Origin: Actinomycetota bacterium
Lineage (GTDB): Bacteria > Actinomycetota > Acidimicrobiia > Acidimicrobiales > Microtrichaceae
Direction of reading: 5' to 3'
Assembly: GCA_016703525.1 (NCBI GenBank)
Contig: JADJBW010000003.1
Span: forward strand, 19,849-83,848
DNA length: 64,000 nt
The notes under the pieces are model-generated. The model did no database searches. It was not told where the DNA came from and was given only the letters and a program-made list of their open reading frames with translations. Positions 20,379 to 30,949 of the stretch are shown piece after piece (the stretch's first letter is position 1; each line of letters opens with the position of its first letter). A program made the position numbers and the translations under genes.

Positions 20379-20435
20379 GCGAGGGCATCGGCCGGGTGCG
20401 CGCCGAAGTTGAGCCTTCGCTGGCAGAATGCCCTG

Positions 20436-20795
20436 ATGCCGATGAGGGAAGGCTGCAAGCATTTCGAGAGCCGCACGTACGCCGGTGGCGAGACGGTCCG
20501 CAAGTGCGGACTCGATCTCGCGCCCGAGGCGCCGTGGCGCTGCCCGGGCGAATGCCGGTCGTACGAGCCTCGACTCGCGGATGTCAATTGGCAGCACGGC
20601 ACGCTCATCTCGGCGCCGACACCGCCCGAGCCGACTGGCCTCGGCGACGACCCGTCGATCGGAGCGTTGCTCGATGCCGCCGAGGACATCGTGAACGCGG
20701 TCGCAGCGCGCACGCGGGCCGAGGTCGACGCACAGCGCCGACGGACGCAGGGCCGCCCCGACGGTTGGCGTCGCTGGTTCCGCCGCCGCTCGTGA
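20436..20795 (+). CDS. small Cys-rich hypothetical protein (4 Cys, putative zinc ribbon)
   Basis: MPMREGCKHFESRTYAGGETVRKCGLDLAPEAPWRCPGEC…; stop overlaps GTG of next ORF (GTGA). Confidence 0.4.
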   Translation: MPMREGCKHFESRTYAGGETVRKCGLDLAPEAPWRCPGECRSYEPRLADVNWQHGTLISAPTPPEPTGLGDDPSIGALLDAAEDIVNAVAARTRAEVDAQRRRTQGRPDGWRRWFRRRS

Positions 20796-21295
20796 CGCGA
20801 GCCTGTGCAGAACTGCGCGACGGCACTCCCGTAGGCGCATGGCTGTTCAAGGCGAACCCCGCCGTGTGGGATGTGCTCGGCGCGCTGGAGCGGCACGAGG
20901 ATCTCGATTCGTGGCGCATGGCGCCGTCGTACCGGGTCGGACTGGTCGCCCCCGGGCAGCCGTGCGCGCTCTGGGTGACGGGCCCCCGCTCGGCGCCCTA
21001 TCGGGCCGGCGTCTGGGCGGTCGGCACGGTCGTATCGGTGCCGTACGACGATGTCGGGGACCCCGACGACCCGTCGTGGTTCGATCGCGGCGCGGCGCGT
21101 CAGGTGCGACCGTACGTCAAGGTCGACCTCCGGGTGCTCCCGACGCCGATCGATCGAGACGACCTGCGCGGCGATCCTCGCTTCGCCGGCTCGGAGATCC
21201 TCCGGCGCCCTCGAATGGGGAGCCCGGTGGCGATCACGCCCGAGGAGTGGACGGCGGTGCGCGATCGATTTCTCGACGGTCCCGCCCCCGAGTAG
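20792..21295 (+). CDS. EVE (PUA-like) domain protein
   Basis: WLFKANPAVWD…W…YRVGLVAPGQPCALWVT…VKVDLRVLP…AITPEEWTAVRDRF pattern of EVE domain. Confidence 0.5.
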   Translation: MTRACAELRDGTPVGAWLFKANPAVWDVLGALERHEDLDSWRMAPSYRVGLVAPGQPCALWVTGPRSAPYRAGVWAVGTVVSVPYDDVGDPDDPSWFDRGAARQVRPYVKVDLRVLPTPIDRDDLRGDPRFAGSEILRRPRMGSPVAITPEEWTAVRDRFLDGPAPE

Positions 21296-21380
21296 ATTTC
21301 TCCTATCCGCGTGGGAGTAATGAGGCGGCCTCCAGCGTTGAACCGGCGGCTGCCCCGACCGTGAAGGAAACCAGACCGCC

Positions 21381-22580
21381 GTGTTCTCGACCCTGACCTT
21401 GCCGTCGCCCGATGCGGCGCTGCCGCCGGTCCCCGACTGGCTGGCGTCGTGCCGTGCCGACGCGCTGCGCCGCCTCCACGATGCCGCGCCGCCGAATTCG
21501 GCGGCGGAGGAGTGGCGCTATAGCGATGTCGACGACGTCGAGCTCGAGAGCGTCGCGTTCGGCGCCGGACCCGGCCCGTCCGTTCGTGTCGAGGGCCCGG
21601 CGCTCGACGGTGTCACGGTCGGCGCGGCGTCGGAGTTCGACGGTCCGGCCGCCGACTCGGTCGCCCAAGCGCTCGCGTCGACGCTCGACGACGGCGACCC
21701 GATCAGCCTGGTTTCGCTGGTGGGGCTGTCCGATCCGCTGGTGATCGACGTGGCGCCCGGTCGCACCGTCGCCGAACCGATCCGGGTGACGATCCCCGTG
21801 GGCGACGGCATCGGTGCGCACACCGCTGCGGTGGTCGTTCGCGCTGGGGCGAACAGCGACGTCGAAGTTGTGGTGTCGTCCGACGGCGACGACGTCGAGT
21901 CGCTCGAGATCGTCCGGATCGTGGTCGATGTGGCCTCGGCGGCACGAGTTCGGATCGCCGAGGTGTGCAACGTGGGCTCGCGGGTCCGGCGGATCAGCAG
22001 CGTGGTCGGCCGGGTCGAGCGCGACGCCTCGCTGTCGATCGCCCACGCGGCGCTCGGCGGCGCGGCGACGCGCACCCGATTCGACGCCCGCCTGGTGGGT
22101 CGGGGCGCGAGCGGCGACTTGCGAGCGGTGTATCTGGGCACCGGCGACCAACGCCATGACCTGCGGACGTTCCAGCGACACGAGGCCCCCGACACGTCGT
22201 CGAACCTGGTGTTCAAGGGCGCGCTCGACGGTCGATCTCGTGCGGTGTACACGGGTCTGATTCACGTTGGCCACGACGCACGCGGCACCAACGCGACGCA
22301 GAGCAATCGGATCATCAAGCTCTCCGACGACACCTGGGCCGAGTCGGTACCCAACCTCGAGATCCACCACAACGACGTCCGTTGTGCGCACGCGTCGGCC
22401 GTTGGCCCGATCGACGAGGATCAGCGCTTCTACCTGGAGAGCCGCGGCGTGCCGCCCGAGGTGGCCGAGCGGCTCGTCGTCGCCGGGTTCTTCGAGGAGG
22501 TGCTCGGCGCGTTCGACCGCTCGGGCGAGGGTGCCGCGCTCCGGTCGACGGTGAACGAGCGGCTGGGAGCGGGCGCATGA
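21381..22580 (+). CDS. sufD: Fe-S cluster assembly protein SufD
   Basis: SufD-like beta-helix sequence, C-terminal …NRIIKLSDDTWAESVPNLEIHHNDVRCAHASAVGPIDEDQRFYLESRGV…. Confidence 0.9.
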   Translation: MFSTLTLPSPDAALPPVPDWLASCRADALRRLHDAAPPNSAAEEWRYSDVDDVELESVAFGAGPGPSVRVEGPALDGVTVGAASEFDGPAADSVAQALASTLDDGDPISLVSLVGLSDPLVIDVAPGRTVAEPIRVTIPVGDGIGAHTAAVVVRAGANSDVEVVVSSDGDDVESLEIVRIVVDVASAARVRIAEVCNVGSRVRRISSVVGRVERDASLSIAHAALGGAATRTRFDARLVGRGASGDLRAVYLGTGDQRHDLRTFQRHEAPDTSSNLVFKGALDGRSRAVYTGLIHVGHDARGTNATQSNRIIKLSDDTWAESVPNLEIHHNDVRCAHASAVGPIDEDQRFYLESRGVPPEVAERLVVAGFFEEVLGAFDRSGEGAALRSTVNERLGAGA

Positions 22581-22894
22581 CGGCGCATCGGCTCTGCGCC
22601 TTTGACGACCTGATCGATGGTGGCGTGCGCCGCTTCGACGTCGGCGGTCACGCGATCGCCGTGGTGCGCGTCGGTGACGACGTGTTCGCCCTCGGCGATC
22701 GATGCACGCACCAGGATGTGTCGCTGTCCGCGGGCGAGGTGGACGAGGACGAGTGCACGCTGGAATGCCCGAAGCACGGCGCGGCGTTCCGGCTCGACAG
22801 CGGCGAACCCACGTGCCTGCCGGCGACCCAGCCGGTTCCCGTGTACGAGGTCGCCGTGGTCGACGGCGATGTGATGGTGGAGGTCGGGCGATGA
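22577..22894 (+). CDS. Rieske [2Fe-2S] domain protein (suf-associated)
   Basis: CxH…CxxH boxes (CTHQDVSL / CPKHGAAF); ATGA overlap with sufD stop and with sufC start. Confidence 0.85.
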   Translation: MTAHRLCAFDDLIDGGVRRFDVGGHAIAVVRVGDDVFALGDRCTHQDVSLSAGEVDEDECTLECPKHGAAFRLDSGEPTCLPATQPVPVYEVAVVDGDVMVEVGR

Positions 22895-23664
22895 GCGAGC
22901 TGGTGATCGAGGGGTTGCGGGCGTCGGTCGGTGATCGCGAGATCCTCCGCGGTGTCGACTTGGTGGTTCGCAGCGGCGAAGTGCACGCGATCATGGGGCC
23001 GAACGGGTCGGGGAAGTCCACGCTGTCGGGCGTGATCATGGGCCGCCCCGGCTACACCGTCACCGGCGGCTCGGTGCGCCTCGACGGGACCGAACTGCTG
23101 GGGCTCGACGTGTGGGAACGCGCGCAGGCAGGCGTGTTCCTCGCCATGCAGTATCCGGTCGAGGTGCCCGGCGTGGCGCTCGGCGAGGTGCTCACCGCCG
23201 CGGCGAATGCGGGCGGCCGCGACAGCGGTTCGGTCGCGGAGCTGGTCGCGTCCGAGGCCGATCGCGTCGGGCTCGACCGTTCGTTTCTGCTGCGATCGCT
23301 GAACGTCGATTTCTCCGGCGGGGAAAAGAAGCGGAACGAGACGGTCCAGTTGGGGGTGCTTCGGCCGCGGTTCGCGATCCTCGACGAGATCGACTCGGGC
23401 CTCGATGTGGATGCGCTCGGCCAGGTCGCTCGTCGCGTCGAGGACGCGACGACGGAGTGGTCGCTCGGCGTCATCGCCGTGACCCACTACAACCGGCTCC
23501 TCGAGCAGTTGCACGCCGATGTCGTGCACATCTTCGCCGGCGGCAAGATCCTGCAGTCGGGTGGTCCGGAGCTGGCGACGCAGCTGGAGATCTCCGGCTA
23601 CGGCGAGTGGGCTCCCGCCGAGCCGAGCGCGGCCCCGCTCGAGCCCGACCCGTTCGACCTCTGA
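22891..23664 (+). CDS. sufC: Fe-S cluster assembly ATPase SufC
   Basis: Walker A GPNGSGKST, ABC signature [10 protein letters not shown], Walker B ILDEIDSGLD, H-loop VTHYNRLL. Confidence 0.95.
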   Translation: MSELVIEGLRASVGDREILRGVDLVVRSGEVHAIMGPNGSGKSTLSGVIMGRPGYTVTGGSVRLDGTELLGLDVWERAQAGVFLAMQYPVEVPGVALGEVLTAAANAGGRDSGSVAELVASEADRVGLDRSFLLRSLNVDFSGGEKKRNETVQLGVLRPRFAILDEIDSGLDVDALGQVARRVEDATTEWSLGVIAVTHYNRLLEQLHADVVHIFAGGKILQSGGPELATQLEISGYGEWAPAEPSAAPLEPDPFDL

Positions 23665-23680
23665 GCCGGCCGGACCGAGC

Positions 23681-24097
23681 TCAGCTCGGCGCGGGCACCA
23701 GCACGTAGAACGTGAGCAACTCGGTCTCGTCGCCGCCGGCGCTGACCTTCAGGTCGTGCGGGCCGGGCGCCGGCGTGTGGAACGGGCCGACCTGGATCGC
23801 GAACGGCAGTTGCGTGGTCTCTCCGGGGAAGAGGTTGGGGTCGTCGGCGGGGGTCGTGAACTCGACGGTCGCCTCCCACAACAGGTCGGCCGTGATGGCC
23901 GACGTGACGCTGAAGCGAACGACGGCGGGCTGACCCCGTTCGTCGGGCGACACCTCGATCAGCCCCGCGACGGTGAACGAGATCGGCGCCTCGGGCTGGG
24001 GAACGGCGATGCGCGTGATCCCGCCCGACAGGACGAAGAGCAGGCCATCGCGAATCTGGGCATGGTCGCACAGCAGCGCGGCGGTGACGTGTGGCAT
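23681..24097 (-). CDS. hypothetical protein
   Basis: 138-aa ORF (MPHVTAALL…) with protein-like composition between sufC and ilvA. Confidence 0.45.
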   Translation of the reverse strand: MPHVTAALLCDHAQIRDGLLFVLSGGITRIAVPQPEAPISFTVAGLIEVSPDERGQPAVVRFSVTSAITADLLWEATVEFTTPADDPNLFPGETTQLPFAIQVGPFHTPAPGPHDLKVSAGGDETELLTFYVLVPAPS

Positions 24098-24226
24098 CGG
24101 TCGGACGCTACCGCCCGGGGTCATCGGCGACGTGGCGCGCATCGACCAGAATGGCCGGGTGCCCGAGCGAAGCCTGCGCCTGAACCGGCCCGACCGTCCC
24201 GCGTCGGCGCGACCGGAGACGGATCG

Positions 24227-25429
24227 ATGACCCAGCTCCTGACGCTCGCCGAGATCCGCGAGGCCGAGGCGGCGCTCGACGGTGTCATCCATCGCACGCC
24301 GTGCGAACGATCGCACTCGCTCTCGACCCGCCTTGGCCGAGATCTCTGGCTCAAGCCCGAGTACCGCCAGCGCACCGGGTCGTTCAAGATCCGTGGCGCG
24401 TACAACCGGCTTCGTGTTCTGCCCACGGGGTCCCACGTCGTCGCCGGGTCGGCCGGGAACCATGCTCAGGGCGTCGCTCTGGCGGCGCAGTGGCTCGGCC
24501 ACCGGGCCACCATCTTCATGCCCGCGAGCGCGTCGCTGCCCAAGGTCCAGGCGACCCGGGCCTACGGCGCCGAGGTGATCCTCGGCGGCGTGACGGTCGA
24601 TGACTGCATCGAGGCCGCCGCCGCGATGTGTGGCGACGAGGGAGCGGTGTTCGTGCCGCCCTTCGACCACCGGGCGATCCTCGCGGGTCAGGCGACGGCG
24701 GGTCTCGAGATCCTCGCGGACGTCCCGGACGCGTCCACGGTGCTCGTGGCGATCGGCGGCGGTGGCCTCTGCTCCGGCGTCGCAGCGGCGGTCAAGCTCA
24801 CCCGTCCCGACGTGACGGTCGTGGGCGTGATGGCGCGGGGAGCGGCGTCGATGGGGCTGTCGCTCGCGGCAGGCGAGCCGCGTGAGGTCTCGCCGTTCAC
24901 GATCGCGGACGGCATTGCGCTCAGGGCGCCGTCGCAGCTGACGCTCGACCACATCGAAGCGTTCGTCGACGAGGTCGTCGCCGTGGGAGACGAGGAGATC
25001 ACGCAGGCGATGCTGCTGCTGTTGGAGCGCACCAAGGCGGTGGTCGAACCGGCCGGCGCCGCGCCGCTCGCAGCGCTGCTGTCGGGCCAGATCGGGGGCG
25101 ACGGCCCGGCGGTTGCGCTGCTCGGTGGGGGCAACATCGATGCGCTGCTGCTCGGGAAGCTGCTCGACCACGGCCTGGGTGCGCTTGGGCGCTACCTGCG
25201 GGTGCGGGCCGTCATCCCCGATCGCCCCGGGGCGCTGTCGGGGCTGCTGCTCGCAGTTGCCGACATGGGGCTCAACGTGCTCGATGTCGAGCACCATCGA
25301 TCGGGGATGAGCCTGCCGATCTCGACCGTGGAGGTGCTCGTCGTCGTGGAGACACGCGACCACGAGCACCGCGCCTCGGTGCTGGCGGAGTTGCGCGACC
25401 GGGGCTTCGACGCGCAGTTGGTCGAGTGA
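24227..25429 (+). CDS. ilvA: threonine ammonia-lyase (PLP-dependent; single C-terminal ACT-like domain)
   Basis: PLP lysine motif SFKIRGA, GGGGL glycine loop, C-terminal regulatory ACT-like segment. Confidence 0.85.
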   Translation: MTQLLTLAEIREAEAALDGVIHRTPCERSHSLSTRLGRDLWLKPEYRQRTGSFKIRGAYNRLRVLPTGSHVVAGSAGNHAQGVALAAQWLGHRATIFMPASASLPKVQATRAYGAEVILGGVTVDDCIEAAAAMCGDEGAVFVPPFDHRAILAGQATAGLEILADVPDASTVLVAIGGGGLCSGVAAAVKLTRPDVTVVGVMARGAASMGLSLAAGEPREVSPFTIADGIALRAPSQLTLDHIEAFVDEVVAVGDEEITQAMLLLLERTKAVVEPAGAAPLAALLSGQIGGDGPAVALLGGGNIDALLLGKLLDHGLGALGRYLRVRAVIPDRPGALSGLLLAVADMGLNVLDVEHHRSGMSLPISTVEVLVVVETRDHEHRASVLAELRDRGFDAQLVE

Positions 25430-25439
25430 GCCGCACCGC

Positions 25440-27236
25440 GTGACTACGGCCGAACTCGATCCGCCGGTCTGGCGCTACCGGCCGGCGCTCGACGGCGTCC
25501 GAGCGCTCGCCGTCGCGGCCGTGGTTGCGTTCCACTCGCGGCCCTCGCTGTTCTCGGGCGGGTTCATCGGCGTCGACGTGTTCTTCGTGCTGTCGGGCTA
25601 CCTGATCACCGGGATGCTGTGCGTGGAGCACGCTCGTCGGGCGAGGCCCACCGTCTCCTCGACCGGCCTCGACTCGCCAGCGCGCGGCGTGCTCGGCGGC
25701 GTCGACCTGCGGGGATTCTGGGCGCGACGAATCCGACGGCTCGTGCCCGCCGTGGTCGTGCTGGTCGCGGTGTGCGCGGTCGCGGCGTGGGCGACCGATT
25801 CGGCAAGCCTCCGCGGGATGGTCGATTCGATCGGTGCGCTCACGTGGACCACGAACTGGGCGGATCGGTGGCTCCGCCTGTCGAGCTACGGGGAGCTCGA
25901 TCACCGCACCCTGCTCGACCACCTGTGGTCGCTGGCCATCGAGGAGCAGTTCTACCTCGTCTGGCCGCTGGTGCTGGTCGGGCTGCTTCGCTGGGTTCGA
26001 AGCGCGCCGGTTCGGCTCGGCGCGGTCCTCGTTCTCGGGGCCGCATCGGTCGCCGCGATGGCATTCATCGATCCCGCCGACGCCTATACGCGCACCGATG
26101 CGTGGGCGTTCGAGTTGCTCGCCGGCGCTGCGGTCGCGCTCGTCGGACGCGACCTGCCGGCGCGGTGGCGGACGCCGGCGGTGGTGGTGTCGGCGGGGGT
26201 GCTCACGTCGCTGTGCTTCACCGCGGGGCCGCTCGATTCGTGGATGTATCCGTGGGGGTTCCTCGCTGCGGCGGGGGCAGCCGCGTTCGGCGTCGCGTCG
26301 CTGGTCGCGCCGCCGGGCTGGGCGGAGCGGCTGTTCGCGCACCCGGTGCTCGTCGGCATCGGACGTCGCAGCTACGGCATCTACCTGTGGCACATCCCGG
26401 TGTTGAACGTGTTGTCGGTGGGCCGAGTGCCGCTGCCCGGGCCGCTGATCTGGTCGCTTCGGGCCGTCGTGCTCGCGGCGCTGGTGGAGCTGTCGTACCG
26501 GTTCGTCGAGTCGCCGTTCCGCACCGGCTCGATCGGATTCAGCCCGCCGGTCGTCATCGGTGCGATCGCGTTGGTCGCCCTGTCGATGGTGCCCCTGGTG
26601 CAGGGCGCCCGGCGCGACCTCGACGGCAGATGGGAGTCGACGTCGCCGCTGCCTGCTCGCGCGGCCGGGCAACCGAAGGTGCTCCTGGTGGGCGACGACG
26701 TCGCGGGCGTGCTCGCCTTCGGCTTGGCATCGAGGGACGACCTCGCCGTGTGGAACCTCTTCGACCTGCGCTGCGGGCTGGTCGCCGATGTCGTGCGCCG
26801 CGTCGGTGAGCGGACCGAGACCGCAACGGCGTGGTGTCGTCACTGGTCGACCCGTTGGGGCGCCGCGGTGCGTCGTTTCGATCCCGACGTGGTGGTTCTG
26901 GGGGCCGGGATGATCGACAGCCTGGCGCTGGTGCGCAACGGCGCGGTGCTCGAAGGACGCGAGCTCGACGCCGCCTACTCAGGGGCGGCCGCGGCGCAGC
27001 TCGAAGCGCTGCGTTCCGCGGAGCGGATCGTCGTGGTCGAGGTGGCCGACCCGTCGAAGCTCGTGCCGCGAGGCGAACGGCCCATGGCCGAACGTGCTCG
27101 CGCGTGGTCGGCCTACAACCGGGCGGTGCGCGCTGCGGTGGCCGCCGATCCGCGCGTCTCTGTGCTGAGGGTCACCGGTGACGTGACCGCGACCGACCTC
27201 GCCACCGAGGTGGGCCGGCGGCTCGACGTGCCGTAG
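25440..27236 (+). CDS. acyltransferase 3 family membrane protein with C-terminal SGNH-like domain (OatA-like)
   Basis: N-terminal acyltransferase-3 motifs (LDGVRALAV…FHS…GVDVFFVLSGYLIT), ~10 TM, C-terminal soluble domain. Confidence 0.8.
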   Translation: MTTAELDPPVWRYRPALDGVRALAVAAVVAFHSRPSLFSGGFIGVDVFFVLSGYLITGMLCVEHARRARPTVSSTGLDSPARGVLGGVDLRGFWARRIRRLVPAVVVLVAVCAVAAWATDSASLRGMVDSIGALTWTTNWADRWLRLSSYGELDHRTLLDHLWSLAIEEQFYLVWPLVLVGLLRWVRSAPVRLGAVLVLGAASVAAMAFIDPADAYTRTDAWAFELLAGAAVALVGRDLPARWRTPAVVVSAGVLTSLCFTAGPLDSWMYPWGFLAAAGAAAFGVASLVAPPGWAERLFAHPVLVGIGRRSYGIYLWHIPVLNVLSVGRVPLPGPLIWSLRAVVLAALVELSYRFVESPFRTGSIGFSPPVVIGAIALVALSMVPLVQGARRDLDGRWESTSPLPARAAGQPKVLLVGDDVAGVLAFGLASRDDLAVWNLFDLRCGLVADVVRRVGERTETATAWCRHWSTRWGAAVRRFDPDVVVLGAGMIDSLALVRNGAVLEGRELDAAYSGAAAAQLEALRSAERIVVVEVADPSKLVPRGERPMAERARAWSAYNRAVRAAVAADPRVSVLRVTGDVTATDLATEVGRRLDVP

Positions 27237-27255
27237 CCCAGTCGGACGCGTCGGC

Positions 27256-27762
27256 TCAGTCGGACTCGTCGATCGCTTGATCGAGCGTGTTCCACGACAG
27301 CGTCGCGCACTTGATCCGCACCGGGAACTTCACCACGCCACGGAGTGCGTCGAGGTCGCCCAGGTTGACGTCGTCCGCGTCGGCGTCGGAATCGCCGTGT
27401 TCATGGTCGGACTCGTCGTCGTCGCCGTCGCCGAGTTGCTGCTCGTGGATGGACATCATCGACTTGAACGCCTTCATCAGGTGGCGGGCCGTGGCCACCG
27501 AGTGGCCCTTCACCGAGCTCGACATCATCGATGCCGATGCCTGGCTGATGGAGCATCCCTGGCCGCCGATCCGGATGTTCTCGATCACGCGCTCGTCGCC
27601 CTCGCCGTCACCGAGCTCGAGGTACACGACGATCTCGTCGCCGCACAGCGGGTTGAACCCTTCGGCCCGCACTGCGGGCGGGGTGGGCAGATCGCCACGG
27701 TTCCGCGGAGAGCGGTAGTGGTCGAGGATGATCTCGCGGTAGAGATCTTCAAGGCCGGCCAT
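27256..27762 (-). CDS. sufU: SufU/IscU-like Fe-S cluster scaffold / sulfur acceptor, with acidic His-rich insertion
   Basis: NPLCGDEI…GCSISQASASMM… motifs; 21-aa insertion GDGDDDESDHEHGDSDADADD. Confidence 0.85.
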   Translation of the reverse strand: MAGLEDLYREIILDHYRSPRNRGDLPTPPAVRAEGFNPLCGDEIVVYLELGDGEGDERVIENIRIGGQGCSISQASASMMSSSVKGHSVATARHLMKAFKSMMSIHEQQLGDGDDDESDHEHGDSDADADDVNLGDLDALRGVVKFPVRIKCATLSWNTLDQAIDESD

Positions 27763-27806
27763 GTGAACTCCTGTCAGCGTGCATGTCGAGCGGTGCTCGG
27801 GCGTGG

Positions 27807-29037
27807 TCAGAGGGCGAAGAACGATTCGGCCTCGGCGAGCGCATCAGCGAGCGCATCGATGTCGGCCTCGTCGTTGTAGAGGTACACCGATGCTCGCGCG
27901 GTTGCGCCGACACCCAGGACCTTCATGAGCGGTTTGGCGCAGTGATGCCCAGCCCGCACGCAGACGCCGTGCTGGTCGAGGATCTGCGAGATGTCGTGCG
28001 GGTGCACCTCGGCGAGGGCCAGGGAGAACACGCCGCCGCGCATGGCCGGTTCGGACGGGCCGTGCACGGTCAGCCGGTCGCCGAACCGTTCGTGCAGCGT
28101 CCGGAGCGCGTACGCCGTGAGGGCGACCTCGTGCTCGCGGATGCGTTCCATCCCGATCGACGACAGGTAGTCGACCGCCGCGCCCAGCCCGACGATCTCG
28201 GCGATCGGCGGCGTGCCGGCCTCGAACTTGTGCGGCACCGCCGCGGTCGTGAACCCGTCTTGGGTGACCTGTTCGATCATGCCGCCTCCGCCGAGGAACG
28301 GGGGCATGGCATCGAGTAGCTCGCGCCGGCCCACAGCACGCCGACGCCGGTCGGGCCGCACATCTTGTGGCCCGAGAAGGCGAGGAAGTCGGCGTCGAGT
28401 TCGGTGACCGAGGTGGGGAGGTGGGGAACGTATTGGCACGCGTCCACGCAGACCAGCGCACCGGCAGCGTGTGCCGCATCGGCCATCTGTCGCATCGGCG
28501 TGAACGTGCCGAGCACGTTCGACATGGCGGAGACGCTCAGCATCTTCGCTCCGTCGAGTAGCACGTCGAGGTTGCTGAGGTCGAGCGTGCCGTCGGGAGC
28601 GACGGAGATCCAGCGCAGCTCGATCCCGCGCTCTGCCGCCAGGATCTGCCACGGCACGATGTTGGCGTGGTGCTCCATCTGGCTGAGCACCACAGCGTCG
28701 CCCTCCGCGAGGTTCGCACGACCCCATGACCAGGCCACCAGGTTGAGCGCTTCGGTGGCGTTCTTCGTGAACACGATCTCGTCGGCCGATGGGGCGCCGA
28801 TGAAGCGGGCCACCCGGCGGCGGGCGTTCTCCATGGCATTCGTCGACGCCTCGGCCAGGGCGTACACGCCGCGGGCGACGTTGGCGTTGGTGTGCTCGTA
28901 GTAGTCGCGCAGCGCGTCGATGACGACCGACGGCTTCTGCGAGGTTGCGGCCGAGTCGAGGTAGACCAGCGGCGAGTCGCCGTGGTGTGCGAGCAGGGGG
29001 AAGTCGGCGCGGATGGCGCGGGGGTCGAGGGCGGCGG

Positions 29038-29059
<22 letters not shown>
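27807..29059 (-). CDS. sufS: cysteine desulfurase SufS, apparent frameshift at ~28327 (G-run GGGG->GGG)
   Basis: class V aminotransferase/SufS motifs (…[10 protein letters not shown]…, [14 protein letters not shown]); C-terminal third (…[18 protein letters not shown]…HHCAKP…) in +1 frame. Confidence 0.85.
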
Positions 29060-29807
<748 letters not shown>

Positions 29808-29878
29808 GGGCGCGAGTGTATTTCGCCTACGCGCGTAGTGGAAATAGCGGTGAGCGCCGGTCGAACGCGGTCGAGCGC

Positions 29879-30178
29879 TCAGCCTCGGTCGCCGAGCCAC
29901 GAGTGGATGACCGAGAGCGGTGTCTGTTCGGGTTCCGGCGGGAGGTCGCCGCCGAACACATCGGCGAGCAGGGTGTGGACCACGGGATGAAGACGCTCGT
30001 CGACGAAGCGCCGCCACGCGGCCTCAGTCTCCCAGACGTCGACATACCGCAACCCGTCGTCGCGCTCCACGACGAGGTGAACGACGAGCCCGTCTGGTAC
30101 TTCGCTGCCGAGTCCTTCGACGATGCGCTGGTAGAACGCCGCGTCGATCGGCACATCCTGGGTGAACGCGTAGGTCAT
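29879..30178 (-). CDS. small hypothetical protein (99 aa)
   Basis: clean ORF MTYAFTQDVPIDAAFYQRIVEGLG… divergent from TetR gene; no family recognised. Confidence 0.45.
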   Translation of the reverse strand: MTYAFTQDVPIDAAFYQRIVEGLGSEVPDGLVVHLVVERDDGLRYVDVWETEAAWRRFVDERLHPVVHTLLADVFGGDLPPEPEQTPLSVIHSWLGDRG

Positions 30179-30201
30179 TCCGTGCTCCTCATTGATCCGA
30201 A

Positions 30202-30894
30202 TTGGGTTCGTATGAAAGAATGCTCCGCGTGCCTGGCGATGTCAACGCAACCCAGGGCGCCCGGCGCGGCTACGACAGCTCTCGGCGCCGCGACGGCTCC
30301 CAGGAGACGCGCCGGCGGATCCTCGAGGCGGCGAGGGTGTTGCTGATCGAGCACGGCTACCACGCAACGTCTGTCGCCGAGATCGCGCGAGCCGCCGAGG
30401 TGCACATCGACACCGTGTACCGGCTCGTGGGTCGCAAGCCGGTACTCCTACGAGAACTCGTGGAACAGTCCATCTCCGGCACCGATCAGGCGGCTGTGGC
30501 AGAGGAACGCGCGGACGTCATGGCCGTCATGGCCGCGGAAGACGCTCGATCGAAAATCGTGCTCTACGCCCGGGCGACGCGCCGGGTGCAAGAGCGTCTC
30601 GCTCCGTTGTTCGCGTCGCTGCGCGACGCGGCGGTCATCGATTCCGAGGCCGAGAGTGTGTGGACGGAGATCAGCGAACGCCGAGCACAGAACATGCGGC
30701 GCTTCGTCGAGGACATCGAGGCAGTGGGAGGGCTGCGCGGCGACCTCGACGTCGAGGTCGCCGCGGACGCCGTGTGGGCGACGAACGGCTCGGAGCTCTA
30801 CCTCTTGCTCACGGATCGGCGAGGCTGGACCCCTGATCGCTACGAGGCCTGGCTGGCCGACCTCTGGTCTCGGTACCTCCTGGCGCCGGACTGA
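30202..30894 (+). CDS. TetR/AcrR family transcriptional regulator
   Basis: N-terminal HTH (TRRRILEAARVLLIEHGYHATSVAEIARAAEVHIDTVYRLV); true start likely downstream of first Met. Confidence 0.8.
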   Translation: MGSYERMLRVPGDVNATQGARRGYDSSRRRDGSQETRRRILEAARVLLIEHGYHATSVAEIARAAEVHIDTVYRLVGRKPVLLRELVEQSISGTDQAAVAEERADVMAVMAAEDARSKIVLYARATRRVQERLAPLFASLRDAAVIDSEAESVWTEISERRAQNMRRFVEDIEAVGGLRGDLDVEVAADAVWATNGSELYLLLTDRRGWTPDRYEAWLADLWSRYLLAPD

Positions 30895-30949
30895 GCCTCC
30901 GGTGCAGTGATGCGGTCGTAGCGAGCCGGTGGCCGGCGGTTCAGCCGGC

